NCBI GenBank assembly: GCA_002633005.1
Contig: NMRA01000302.1
Coordinates: 4,612-40,376, forward strand
Direction of reading: 5' to 3'
DNA length: 35,765 nucleotides
Origin: Phoronis australis
Lineage: Eukaryota; Animalia; Phoronida
How positions within the stretch are numbered: position 1 is the first letter of the stretch; each line of letters begins with the position of its first letter. Made by a program: the position numbers and the translations under genes. Shown here piece by piece: positions 12,808-25,440 of the stretch. The notes beneath the pieces are model-generated. The model was not told the origin of the DNA and ran no database searches. It was given only the letters and a program-made list of their open reading frames with translations.

Positions 12808-12982
12808 ACGTAGACCAGTACCAACTGAAGGGTGTCCTTCGGATTCCTTAGAGTATAACGTTCTAGCAGAGCGTCATCGTCACAAGCGGTACGCGTATTA
12901 CTAAAAAGGCATCTAATGATTATATTGACCGAGTTCCATCTCAATTGGTCCCCGATTTAAGGTTGCCGGGCAGGAGTACTGC

Positions 12983-13140
12983 CCAATGGTAGATTCAGTG
13001 GGGTTGGCAAGGGGGCCATGCCCCCTAAAAATCTCGCAGATTCCATTTGGCAGTTCGGGGCTGAGAATGTTTGACGGGAAAAATTCCTGGCTAATATTCT
13101 GCCCTGGCCCCCTTAACTCAAAATCCTGTATCCGCTGCTG
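12983..13140. mobile_element. Short MITE-like element, degenerate
   Basis: Imperfect TIR caatggtagattcag / ctgtatccgctgctg, with an internal gggggccatgccccc hairpin. Confidence 0.5.
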
Positions 13141-13354
13141 TACCCCCCTTTGGCCACAAAAAGTAAAACGACACGGAAACAAATGTGTGCATTTACTATG
13201 CTGCAGTTAATCGTGAACAAATAATTTATCTTCGGAATATGTCCCGAAAATAATAGGTGCGTCACAAGCTCGGTTTCCAGAGATACAAAGGAGACCGCGT
13301 ATAGGCGATATAAGGTAATTTATTATGACTGATAAGGTACAGAAATGTGAGTGT

Positions 13355-13468
13355 ACAAATAACATAAAGATAAAATAATAATCTCTGGAAAGATGGGCAA
13401 TAAAAAGCGCCACAAACAACATAAAGATAAAATAATAATCTCTGGAAAGATGGGCAATAAAAACCGCC
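13355..13468 (+). repeat. 57-bp tandem duplication (2 units, 2 mismatches)
   Basis: Units start at 13355 and 13412. Confidence 0.95.
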
Positions 13469-13684
13469 AGCACTCAGGTAAGAAAAACTACCCAAAAGAG
13501 AGGGTGGTAGAGGGTGGGAAAAATGAAGAGAGATTAGACTCGAACCTAAGGTGATGTGTGCTCTTGTGTTGGACACAGACAATACAAAATGAAAAATATC
13601 TCTTCATGATATCCTAGATCTGCCACTAGGTCCCTCGCCGTTTTTCTTTGCAATTTTTCACTGATGAAATTTTCTTTCTGGCCT

Positions 13685-13834
13685 TTATTCTTGATCAATA
13701 TCTATCCAAGCCTGCTGCTTACGTTGACTTGATTTGGCACCAATTTTCTTGTTCTCGACTATGACATTGGCTTTTTCGCTGATCAGTTGTGGGTGGGAAC
13801 TTTTTTCCTCGTGAGAAAAGCTTTTCGCTCTTTT
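13685..13834 (-). pseudogene. Myb/SANT-like DNA-binding protein fragment (Harbinger accessory protein type)
   Basis: KRAKSFSHEEK...LISEKANVIVENKKIGAKSSQRKQQAWIDIDQE* matches the KRxxNFSxxE...IVENKKTD...KxxAWxxI pattern. Confidence 0.7.
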
Positions 13835-15099
13835 TCGTTAATGTCTGTACTGATTCTACTGCTGTGTGCCATTGAGTACCCACGTGATCAAGGTTTCATT
13901 GAAGCACTTCAATATTTTCTTTGTTAGGTTAATCCAGGTGAACACAGTAGGGTGGCTTGCATACTTTAAACTTAGTTTTACTAAACCCGCTTCATGGTCT
14001 AACAAAACCAGGCTTTCAGACTTTTAAAACACGTGGAGGAAAGGCAAGTTAGGTCTAAAATTAGACCAGGATTAGGAAGACCTAAACCAGGTTTTGTTAA
14101 ACTACCTTTATGAAATCGGCTGTATATGTTTCTCGTATAGTTCATTTGTTTCATTGGGTTACAGCAGTATACTTACTTAGAGATTATATTGATGAATACC
14201 TATGACACCAGCTTGTTGTAATGCATCAGGGTATGGTAAAAAATGTTCAGCAAGGAAAGCGGTTTGCTTATCTCGCGATAACATCTGAACTTCCTAGCAC
14301 CCACTACGAGTAATGGAGGTGTTAATGAACAAAGAACTGACCGACGAGTTCACAACGATTGAGGCCAGTGCTGTAGTGCACCCCCCGGACTTCTACTTAT
14401 AAATTAATTTTTTATTACGGAAAATATGAGTGAAAACAAAAAAATGATGTTAACAAGCCGAAAAAATGTCTCACGTGTGTTTTTATGCAAATTGGTGCCA
14501 CCATTAGTGATTTTTCGTTATTTCGCTATATGTTCTCTACTATTTTTATATAATTGAAATACCTAATTGTATAGACCTATGTTTTATGGGTCAAACATTA
14601 CATTATATCTTCAAGTAAGATATAAAAGTTGTCTTATGCATGATGCAGGTACAAAACAATCAACGTATGAAACAGAAATGGGGGGGGGGGGCATGAAAAT
14701 GAGCTGTTTTTATCCACATTCACGACTTGTGATGTTGAGTGCATCAATGAAAGAAAACTTTGACATTATGTTTAATGTAGCCGTTGCAGTCCAACCAAAT
14801 ATATATTTTAAGTCCAATAAATTATACAATGATTTTCATCTTTAAGAGGAGAAACGTTGTTTTTAAAGCAAAGCTACAGATAACACATCAAAGCTGTAAA
14901 TCAGTCTTTGAAGTAAAAAACACCTTGGATAAAAACTAACATCAAGGCTGTTGGCATGTATTTCAATCAGTGTGAATCCAATGCTGGGGACAGGGGAACT
15001 TGGACTGCATTCGAAATCAAGGCAGCTATCGAGGAAGATGCAAAATCATTCTTAAAAAAAAATCGAGGTCAAAGCTTATCCACTGGAGCCAAAGAACAG

Positions 15100-17260
15100 C
15101 CTCTACCCTTATGCATCGTTCATTTAGGGTCTATAAATGAACATGGCAATTTTACAGTCTTAAGCAATGTCAGCAACAGCAAGCAAGAATCTACGAAAGC
15201 TTCATGAAATTTGCTACAAAATTCCCCAACAGCCATATGATTTTCCAAATTGTGTACAGTCCGTGTGTGATCAGAGTTCTTTTGCTCTTGCAAATGAATT
15301 GGAGAAAATGGGTTATTACAGGAAATGGAATATCAACTTTTCAATGCCAACCTTCACCTTCTAAGAGACAGTTGTCGAAGGCACAGAGGCACCAAGTTCC
15401 CAGGTACATCATTCTCCCCATAAACTGTCCACATGGTGCACCACTGGGCTCCTTCCCTCACCTGTGTGTATCTTCTCAAACAAAACTGAAACCAAGGATG
15501 GCAGCCGTAAAACCGAGCGTGTGCCATGTTCCCGCTGTATAAGAACAAAACCAATGCACGAGAACTAATTGAATCACGGACCAAAATGGACCTCACAAGA
15601 CATTTTCGACAGGCAAACGACAAAGACATGTTTGCTTGCGAATTAAAACACCATCCATCTTGTCTCTAATCATTTCAGACCGCGTTCAAAAATTCAGAGC
15701 TGATGGACAATATGATACTGAGCAAGTAAGAATATCTGCTGCCCATGAAAATGCATTACTGTGCAACAGCAATCATATTAAAACTCACATCCAACAGAAT
15801 TAGATCATCAGGCTCTCCTCTTTGCTCTTGCTTTACGTTGAGTAACAAAAACGGAAAGGTTATGACAATACTAGGTGCCATTCTGAGAAAATACGGTCGT
15901 TTAGAACCAAGCCCATAGCAAAACCTGGCGTACGTTTCATTTGACGCTAGGTCCTACGCTAGGACCTAGCCAAAACCTAGTCAAAGTCACGTGTTCTCAT
16001 TTAAAACGCACGGCAATATCTCTCGTAACCTCGCGAAGTCTTGCTTTTTAGCAAGGTCCTAGCGTTACTGAACGGGAGGCAGATCAACTTTACAAAAATT
16101 GGCAGAGGTGACACTCATACCATTCTCGCTGGTTCATAGATCAAGTTTAACAATTTCGTCTGCTTTGGCACAAGCATATTGAATGGGAAGAACAGAAAAA
16201 ACGTCTGGAAACTGCGCTCACTCTTCGAGATGACATTCTGTCTGCAGAGCTACCGTGACTATCAACGGCCGATGACATGAAGCTTGATACTGTAAAAAAT
16301 TTGCCTTCAGAACTCATCCGACTTCTTAGTGTGGTGGTTACTGGGGTTGAAGACAATAATACAAGTGAAAATTCAAGCAACTGATTTCCTTTACTGGACA
16401 AGATGTATGTCATGCCGTCACAGACCTAAAGTTGACATTACCTTCAAAGTATTCACTTATTTATGTGACCATCAAACATTTGTTTCAAAGCCTGCTGCAA
16501 TATTGCACAAACAGGGTGATTCAAGCAGCCATGACCTAGAACCCGATTTGGCAAAAGTCATGATGGAAGATGTGTCAACTCATCTCACTCCTCACAAGTG
16601 AGGATAACAGTATATTCAATTGTGAGTGTCACAATTTGAATAAAATGAACACCAATATACATGGCAAGCAACATCCTCCAGCTTGGTTTGAAAGCTCCAA
16701 AGACAGGACAATATCAGTCATTAACAGGTCGCAACCGACAACGCAGTCTCCAAGTAGAAGCTCCGTCTTGGAACACCAGATGGGTTTTTTACAGACCAAC
16801 AAAACTTCCTTTTTGCATCATGTTCTGGTGGACGTTGCGCCAAAAGGCTTTCATTATCCTGAGGATGCTCGATTTATCCAAGATGGCATGGTACTTCTCC
16901 ACACGTTAACTAACCTCCCTCCAACTTGTGGTGAGACCTGTTTACAAGTACTTGATGAGATGGTGTCGACGAAGCTCATCTTGTTCTCAATTTACTGCTA
17001 CCATACTGAATCTATTAAAGCCGAGGAGCGGTTGAGGCGTCGCAGCTCGGAGAAGATAATTCTGGGTGGACCAGCCACACGAAAGCAATACGACTTGAAC
17101 AGCTCTCTTGCAAACAATGGCAACAAAAAGCAACTCTGTCAACTGTGACTGCAAGTCTGGAGTAGTGAGAACGCAGTTTTTGTTGGAGAAAATTTAGATA
17201 TCCTTCCTGACTGAAGACAGAAAAGCCCGTTAACTTGTTACATCCGATAGCGAGGCAATT
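15100..17260 (+). pseudogene. Academ (XPG/PIN-domain type) transposase relic, heavily disrupted and internally deleted
   Basis: Ordered motifs: LCIVHL...KLHEIC...GYYRK; DMFACELKHHPSC; LP*LSTADD...LPSELIRLL; STHLTP...NIHG; QTNKTSFLH; IQDGMVLLH...LPPTCG...SIKAEERLRR...LANNGNKKQL. The last block is the XPG/PIN-like domain typical of Academ. Confidence 0.72.
15926..16082. mobile_element. ~155-bp MITE-like insertion in the Academ relic
   Basis: Imperfect inverted ends (cgtttcatttgacgctaggtcct / aggtcctagcgttactgaacg) and repeated CCTAG motifs. It interrupts Academ-like coding sequence. Confidence 0.5.
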
Positions 17261-17417
17261 CCACACTCTTTTCTGAACGGAATTTTTTGAGTATTTCTTA
17301 CTTTTAAATATCCACTCCTGAGTCAAAAATAGGCCTACATGTTTGGTCAGGTTTTTCGAGTTCAATGGATTTGTTAAATTCAAAGCTCTAGGCCACAGGT
17401 AGGGCTTAGGGCACCTA

Positions 17418-20400
17418 CAGCACACATCACGAATTTTTGGCCGACCGGTTGGAAATTGGTCGACGACCGGCCGTCGACCGGTCGTCTAGCCGACCAGCAG
17501 CCGGCCAACAACGGTCGGCTAGGAGCCGTCTGCTGAGTCGCCTCTGTGGTCGGCACTTGGGTCGGCTAAGTGGTCGCCTAGCGTAGACGACCAATTCGGA
17601 TTAAGCGTGTCCCTGGTCGGCAATTACTGAACTTTGGACAAACAAACATTTAACTGTTCGCTGTTCGTTTACCAGTGGCAACTCCGGTCTTGACATAGGT
17701 TTATCAACTTGTGTTCAACTATTGAATGGGGGTAAAATCGAATCAACCTACAAATACGAAGTGCGTGACATTACACCAGCCTAAAACTTTATGTTGAATT
17801 AATGACGGCGTCGTAAAATCAAACGTTAAGTGATATCGCTGAAGCATAATTTCTAAAGTTAGATATGAGACTTTTTATACAGTACATTATGCACAAAAGC
17901 AAGCACGAAATTTGAAATTTACAGTAAAATTGCATAAAAATCAGAATACAACACGGGATATTTTACGACCCCAAGTGTTTTCATGCAGCGGAATGCTCAA
18001 CAAGCATCACGCATTTGCGCCCATCCGTTATTGCTTTTGATCATCACTTCATCACGCTGTATATTGCTCTTTACCACAGGTAATTATTGTTTATTTCTGT
18101 ATAATTCATAATATGTTGGTACAGCAATAGAACCAAAGTTTATTTTAGGAACAACAAAAACAATGATTAGAACATAGTGCCGATATTAAATCATGGGCGC
18201 ATGAAAACGGGATACTGTGATCGGTTTTTAGTGTCATCCATCATCATTCTGAAATTGTTGTCACTTTCGCAGTAAAAAATCTTAACGAAACTAGAGCCTT
18301 CCTATCTAGCCAACTGGTTGTATAAAGACAATTTTCAAAACACAGCAAGGTGCCACTGCTTATTAAGATCAAAGAGACATCGAAGCTTCACACAGCCCGG
18401 ATAGTTACGCTTGTCACCTCGTCGAAAAGCTTGTATCAACATGAGCTCAAGACCGGCGGGTGTGAATGCAAAATCTGGAAGTCAATTGGCATTCAAGTTG
18501 CCCGTTACGGTCGTTTAAGCGAAAAACATCCGAGGTCATCTTCCTGCGTAATTCTATGCCTTTTTTAACGAAAAAACGTATGTCGTCGTTTTGAAAAAAG
18601 TTCATTTTGACACGCGCCACTTCCAAAATGTTTTCAACATCTCCCATTAGATGATAAAAACATCTCAGCAAAATTTGTTCTAAAATTCGGATCCCTGATA
18701 TCACAATTCCAAAAACATATAATGAAGTGAAACCAACTCCGATCATCTGTTGTGACGTTTACGCAACCTCTTTGGAAAACGTTTGATTGAAGAATCTGGG
18801 AAAAAGAAACTGGGTAATAGGTGACGGAATATTTCATTGGGTCGAAAGTCGACGCATAAGATCACACCATAACTTTAGCAGCAGAATAATTGTGGAAAAC
18901 CATTTTTTGCAACGCTGGTAAATAATTTAGGTTACCGTGGGAAGATTTTATTCGGTCAGTTATTACCCAATGGCGCAAATTTGTATATTTAGTTTAGTAA
19001 ACAACTTCGCACCAAGACTAGAGCTTTCCGAGCCCTTTGGCGTAAGAACACAATACTTGGCGTTTCGCGTATACTCCAAGGGGTAAAACTTTGAAAATAA
19101 TATTTTGGGGTAACCTGGTATATGTAATCCTAAAAAAAGTAGTCTGTGTTTTCATGTAGAGCGTAAAAATGATTAATCCATTGATTCAAAAAGAAAAATC
19201 TCGCAAACGAAAACGCACACAATATTCAGCTATACTACACTGGTTAAAAAACAACTTCTATAAGTTTATTGCATCGGATTCTATTGATCACAATGGCAAG
19301 TCAAAATTCTTAAGGGGGCGCAATTTCAAACTTTTGGCATGAATCAGTGATATAAAAATCTTTATAGACAGACTTTAGTTCATCAGCAATGTTGACACAA
19401 CAGTTACAGACACTGACTGCGTTTGTTACGTCTTGTGGCAATGATAAAAATATTTTTTCTACTATGATTGATAACAAGTTTTACTTTGATGAGGTATGAT
19501 GCAATATGCATGTCTAATATGCAGATCGGCCGTTGCAGAAATATATACTGGGTTTAAAGAATCCGTTTGTTATGAACCACTGCAAAAGTATGAATACTAA
19601 TTGTACATTCGAAGCACGCCCCATTAGAATAAAAGCATACACATGCTTAATGATCCTGGGAGTACCTCTATTACAGGCATGAATGAAGATATATAGTTGT
19701 TAAGCCATAGAGAATAATAAAGCTTACATATTATCACACTGAGCCATCTACACCAGGCGTTTGCAAAGGATACAGTATTTCAAAAGAAGCCTCAACTACT
19801 CATTTTTCATAGTCATAACTACTCATTTTTCATAGTATTACTAAATCACGAACACCTAGATTTATATAAGAAGTTACATAGTACGATGCTACACAACCTG
19901 CTCTCCCACATTTATGGGAGACCTAACTTGAAACATTTAACGATATATCTTTTCTATGCAAGATTAAAACCAAGCAAAACATGTAAACTCTCCAGGACCA
20001 AAAATAAATATCTCAAAATCAGAATTTTTTTACTTAAGCAGGAATTAAAACAATCCTAAACATTGAGATTGTTTTCACGCAGAAGACCAAAGAGCAAATA
20101 AAGACCAAAATTCACAACGCCAAGACTGAAGATTTATCACATCAGCATCTATAATTTATCAAGTGAGGACCAAAAATTCTTCACTTCGGAATCAAAATAA
20201 AATACGACCGAACTGAAAAGGTTCAAAAACTTACCATATCAGTAACTTTCACGCCAGAACACCACATCACCATCCCCAAGCATTGATCTTTCAATGTGAT
20301 AATGTCCGTACTATACGTATAAACAAGGGCTATATGTCCAACCTCTCGCCGACAACAGACATATTATCTTGGAAATGGGGTTGAATTTCTTTCGTCTAAT

Positions 20401-22642
20401 CCACGTTTTACAATAGATGCCAATGTATAGGTACACACTGGATTGTCATCATTGCATAATGGGTGATCACGTAGTCTCCGATCATGAAAACAATTCTCTC
20501 CTGGCGTGATAAGTTTTCTGACTCAATAAATCCTGGTTGCCAATTGTTTTTAATTCTACAGAGATTTCAATTCCTGAATAGAAAATGTGTGTTCTGGATT
20601 TTTCCGCTTCAGCTTTCCATTCAGCTAACTATTGCACAGCACAGTGTTTTTACTATCCCGTGGCGGCTCCATTGCAACGAATCACTTCTGGTACACTCTT
20701 CCGTAAATGACGTACGTATTTTGCACATTTCATCCGGGTAACAGTTTTCCAAGAGCTATTTATTCATTGAACGAGTTTCTGTTTGGTATTCGGTTTTATT
20801 TTCTGTCTCAGGTAGTCCTTGAGTTCATGCTCTGAATGTTTTGAAAACGCAACTCTTTATTTACGCAGATACGTTTTTCCTGCCCGTGGGAACCGACTCG
20901 CTGAATTCATCAACCAAACATTTATTTTTGAAAATGCCCTCAAAAGTGTGGTTAAAACACCGTGGTGGCCATAGTCTTCAGTGTAGAAAAGCGAAATGAA
21001 CAAATCTGTACACACTGCTCAAAGCACTTTTGTGGACATACGGAAACGCCAACGTCTCTGTCTTACAACACTGCGTGTGCTTGGCATTTCTGATAAAGCG
21101 CTCTCATGCTGGAAACTTTATTAAGACTGAGCACCGTTTCAAAAAAAATTGTATTTTTTCTTACAGCTGAGCACAGGAGAATTATTCTGCGATTTTAGCA
21201 CTGAAACGGAACCAAATCTCGAGTGGTGACTCATTAGAATGTGCAAAATTCGGGGAGGGTTGTGGGTGGCGATACAAGCATGATTTTTTCATTTTCGCGC
21301 CAAACATGTAGTTGCCACTTCTCATTCAGCGTCACTTACTACCTGAGTTGGCCAGATCATACGCTATCTATTTCTTCAGACGCTTTGTTTTTCAAAAGTG
21401 CACCTTCGTGTATTTTCTATCATTTTTTGCCATTGCAATTGCTTTACCAAAGGTTCACGCACATATGCCGCGTAGTGAATACCTCTTCATCACGTATTCA
21501 CATCTTCCCGTTCACAATTGTTTTATTTTGCGTAATTTGTCAATATGTTGCTGACAGAAAATATTTATTTTTGGAACAACGTGAACGACCAACTGATAGG
21601 GGACTACGTGTATACATGTAAGTGCTAGCCCGGATTTTAACGTCACGTTGCCTGTAGACTCAACAGTGGTGATGTCACCGTCTTAGTTCCTGGAAATCGT
21701 AACCATAATATGATTTCGAAGTTAGAGCCATCGAAGTCCGTGGGTTTAGGGCATACTGGACCGTGAATTTCGCGTCTGTACTGCATGGGTCAATACTATG
21801 AAAATGAAATCCCCTGAGTGAGAGCACTTCGCGGTGTAACAACTCACTCACTAATCCATCATCATGGGCACGTGACATGAGACCGGTGACTAACTTAAAA
21901 AACGCAAAATGATGCAGTTTGGAGTTACACAAACAAAATCAATTGCGGGCGAAGACTGCTAAAAATATCTGCGTTTACAAAATGACTACAGCGTTGTATT
22001 GACCGGGAAGCAATCTATCTGATACATCTTGTTAATGTCAAGAGTTGTTAGATCTTTCGTTCGTCGTCAACAACGCAGATGGTTACTCTAATTAACGATT
22101 TATTCTACACTTGAAAAACCAAAGACAATTGCCAACATGGTGGCTAAACCGGAAGTAACTGTTCCGCATAAAACATGCCTACGACTAAATCACTATACTA
22201 CAAGAGTCAAATTAAAGATAAAATGTAAAGAAAACTTTCACGTTTTTCATCCAAAACTTGTTGCATTGTCCATAATCCAATGTTTGCTTGTACCGCTTGC
22301 CATCAACTTTCGAATTAGTGGTGGTACACAAGCGACGTGACTGACTCATGTAACCGAGACAGTAAAACTAGGTTAATTTATTTGACCCTGTGCTAAGACG
22401 AATATGCATCGACACCCAAAGTGGTATCAGCCTGACAACCTCTTACGCAACTGCTACTCAGCTGGTCGGCTGATGGCCGGTCGGCTGAAGGGTCGGCTGG
22501 GGAATCGCCTTATAAGTCGGCACTGCTGGCGGCTGCCGGTCGGCTAATTTTTAGCCGACCGGTCGGCTAATTTGCCGACTTGTCGACGGCTAGTCGTCGA
22601 CCAATTTCCGACCGGGCGGACAAAAATTCGTGATGTGTGCTG
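17418..22642 (+). mobile_element. Non-autonomous TIR DNA transposon, copy 2 (5.2 kb, both ends present)
   Basis: ~67-bp TIRs beginning CAGCACACATCACGAATTTTTG. TA on both sides (17416-17417, 22643-22644). About 200-bp GC-rich subterminal zones are packed with CCGAC/GTCGG/GTCGAC motifs. No transposase ORF seen. Superfamily unresolved (CMC-EnSpm-like or Tc1/mariner-like). Strand is arbitrary. Confidence 0.93.
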
Positions 22643-22644
22643 TA

Positions 22645-25440
22645 CTTACCTTTAATTTTACCGCCACAGCAGTGGATCCTCTAAGACATCACCAGGTAAG
22701 TTATTTCAGGAGACTGTTGTGGAGGGTAAGAGGGAATTTTGGAGGTATGCTGTGCGGCACTTAAGAGTCATGAAGTACATGCTATGGCATCTGTGTGTAG
22801 ACGTGCAAATGATGGAATGCAAGTAGGCATTGGGAATGGCTATGAATTGCTGAACAATTTTATAGAATGCGGAGAGTTTAGAGAGGTTGTGGGGGATTCA
22901 AGGGGTTTGCCAGTTTAGTGATTCAGTCATTCTGTGACTGATGAAGGGTTATGATATCTGTTCAGGGTAAATCTTGCATCATTTCAACCTTGTTAATAAG
23001 GGATATTATGAAGGGTGACCATACTATTGATCAGTACTCTAGTTTTGGTCGGACTAGTGTGGCATAAGCTATTTCTTTTATTTTCTGAGGGGTATGTCGA
23101 ATGTTGCATCTAAGAAATTCAAAGGATTTACTGGCAGAATCAGCAGTTGTATTGATGTGAAAATTGCAGGTGAGGTTATTGAAGATAGTAATGCCAAGGT
23201 ATTTTGCCTCACACTGTGGTGACATATGGAGGAAGTAGTCTCGGATGATCGTTTTTTCCATGACCACGGAGAACACTGCTCTTCGATACATTGAACTGCA
23301 TACATCACACTGATTCCCAATGTGCAAGTTTGTTGATATCCTGTTGGAGTGAGATGCAGTCTTCTTGGTTCCTGATGGAGCGGTAAAGTACACAGTCATG
23401 TATAAAGAGGCGTATGTTGGAAGAAATGGTTCGAGCTTACTCATTGATCAAGAGGAGAAAGCGCATTGGTCCAAAGACAGACCCCTGAGGATCCCCAGAA
23501 AGCACAAGGGGAGGTGTTGGATGATTCGCCCTCTACCTCAGCTCACTGAGCTGTATTGTTACGAAAGGAGGCAATCCAGTTTGTTGTGAGGCCACGGATC
23601 CCAAAGGAATCAATTTCGTCAACAAGTCTAAAGTTGGGTACTTTTTCGAAGGCTTTTCTAAAATCCATAATGATGACAACGGACTGGGTGCCCGAGTCCA
23701 TATTGTGAAGGTGAGGAATTGATATTCGCATGACCTGTTTGGCCTAAAGCCGTGTTGCCATTCGTAAAAGATGTTGTTTTCAAGATGTTTCACAAGGTGA
23801 CTCACGATGATGTCTTCAAGAATCTAGCAGCACATACAAGTAAGGGAGATAAGTCTGTAATTTTCTGCTTTGTGTTTATTTCCTTTTTTAAAACTGGAGC
23901 AACAATGGCGTGGCGAAAACCTGCTGGAACCAAACATAAGGACAAGGATGCATTAAAGATGTCAGTCAACAAGGGAGCTAGTGATGCTGATAATTTCAGA
24001 AGAGCTATGGGAAGATATTGTCTGGACCTGGGGACTTGTGTGGGTTCTGAGTGGAAAGCAATTTTTCAACGCCATTGATGTTAATGATAGGGTCTGTAAT
24101 GATTTCATGAGGCCTTTATCCTTGGTCAAACTGTCTTCAGTGGTGAAGACTGAGCAGAATTGATTGCTGAGAATTTTTGCTTTATCAGATGACAGGGTGG
24201 CGAGCCGGCCGTTGTGAGGCAACGGGGCCAACTGGGAAGGCTCTCGCTTGAGACTACTGACAAATGCAAAGAGGTGCTTGGGATCACCCTGATCTTCGGG
24301 GCGATAATGCTATTGACGTATTCCAAATATGACTTCCTGCTGAGGTGTCTATTTGGAAGCGGAGGGTCATGATTTGTAGACTTACACTTCTTGAAGGCTC
24401 TGTCTTTTCAACGGATGAGCTTCTTCATGCGATCCATGGATGTTTGTTTTTGGATCCTGCCACTTTATTTGGAACGCACTGGTCTACTGCCGAGGTGACG
24501 AGGGCTTTGAATGATGACCAAAGATCGTTTACTGAGTCTCCATTAAGAAAGGAGTTGTGGAAGAACGTCTGTTGATCACAAATAAAAGAGGACACTGCGC
24601 CAAAGTCAAGGGACTTGGGTTCTGCATTTAGGGGTCTGTAATAAGAGATAAGGAATGCATCTTTCCGGTGGTAGGTCTTAAGTTTGATCCAGATGATTTC
24701 CCAGTATGAGTCAAGTGCGGGCTGATGAGACCTGATAAGGGAGTTGATGACAGCAATAAATTCACCTCCTCCGCGATTGTTATTGCGATCTTTTCTGTCA
24801 ATATATAGTTAGGTGGAAATATTTCTGAAGACAAAATGTCAGAGTGTAGCCAAGACTTAGTGCCCGTGATGATGTGCGGCTTGGAGGAGTCAATTGTTGG
24901 TCTTTCTTGTTTGCAAGGGATCTGCAATTGACTAAGATGGAACTGAGGGGGCGATTTAAAGAGTTTTTAATTTGTCGTGGAGATTTATCCCTCTTTGGTG
25001 AGAGAACAATTTGGCAAAAAGATTGACTGGGTTGCTACAAATGGATATATCTAGGGAGTCGAGGGTCGTAAACAGGTTGTCCGATTCTAGAGAGAATATA
25101 TCAAAAAGTGTCACAATGTGGTTTATGAAATTACAATTAGTGCAGTGCAAAGATATTGCTGAGCTGTTAAGTTTGTTGTAGGCGCCCGAGGAGATGTTTT
25201 GATAATTTGCATAAAACCATACTGAGTATGAGTCGCAACAAATTCCTTTTGTGTGACCACGCCACACTACAATTGCATGTACCACAAGCGTACTTGCTTG
25301 TATTCATAGTCGATAATATAATGAGGATATGGTGTATAGAATAAAAAGGGTACTCGGTACCAGTGGGCAGCATTTAAAGTGCTGAGCAAACTAACTTGTG
25401 CGTTTTGGAGATCCAGAGAGGACTGCAGAGAATCAAGGTC
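22645..25440 (-). mobile_element. CR1-group non-LTR retrotransposon (PHD finger + APE endonuclease + RT), decayed
   Basis: PHD: CGTCNCSVAWSHKGICCD..W....HCTNC. EN: KPHIITGTKSWLHSDILSSEIFPPNY. RT region: DKAKILSNQFCSVFTTED, QHGFRPNRSCE, MDFRKAFEKVP, SGDPQGSVFGP, IRLFIHDCVLYR (degenerate FADD), KYLGITI...AYATLVRPKLEY, NNLP. The 3' end abuts TIR element copy 2. Confidence 0.9.

Larger units (their letters stand above)
12301..14122. mobile_element. PIF/Harbinger-type relic, internally deleted, with nested insertions (ends approximate)
   Basis: Inverted terminal motifs TTTCATAAAGGT...AAAACCTGGTTTA (12358-12398) versus TAAACCAGGTTTT...ACCTTTATGAAA (14083-14115). Repeated TTAGACCAGG/TAAACCAGG subterminal motifs. 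A Myb/SANT fragment lies inside. TSD not clean. Confidence 0.65.

Noticed and set aside
17418-17620. GC-rich repeated CCGAC/GTCGAC motifs as a CRISPR array or as coding sequence (ORFs at 8298-8594)
   Set aside because: No constant repeat with unique spacers. These are transposon subterminal motifs, and the ORFs arise from GC-rich, stop-poor sequence.
18350-18746. ORFs recurring in all three copies (e.g. the 99-aa MIGVGFTSL... ORF) as a conserved gene
   Set aside because: Recurrence follows from DNA identity. Copy 1 is frameshifted and I recognise no domain.
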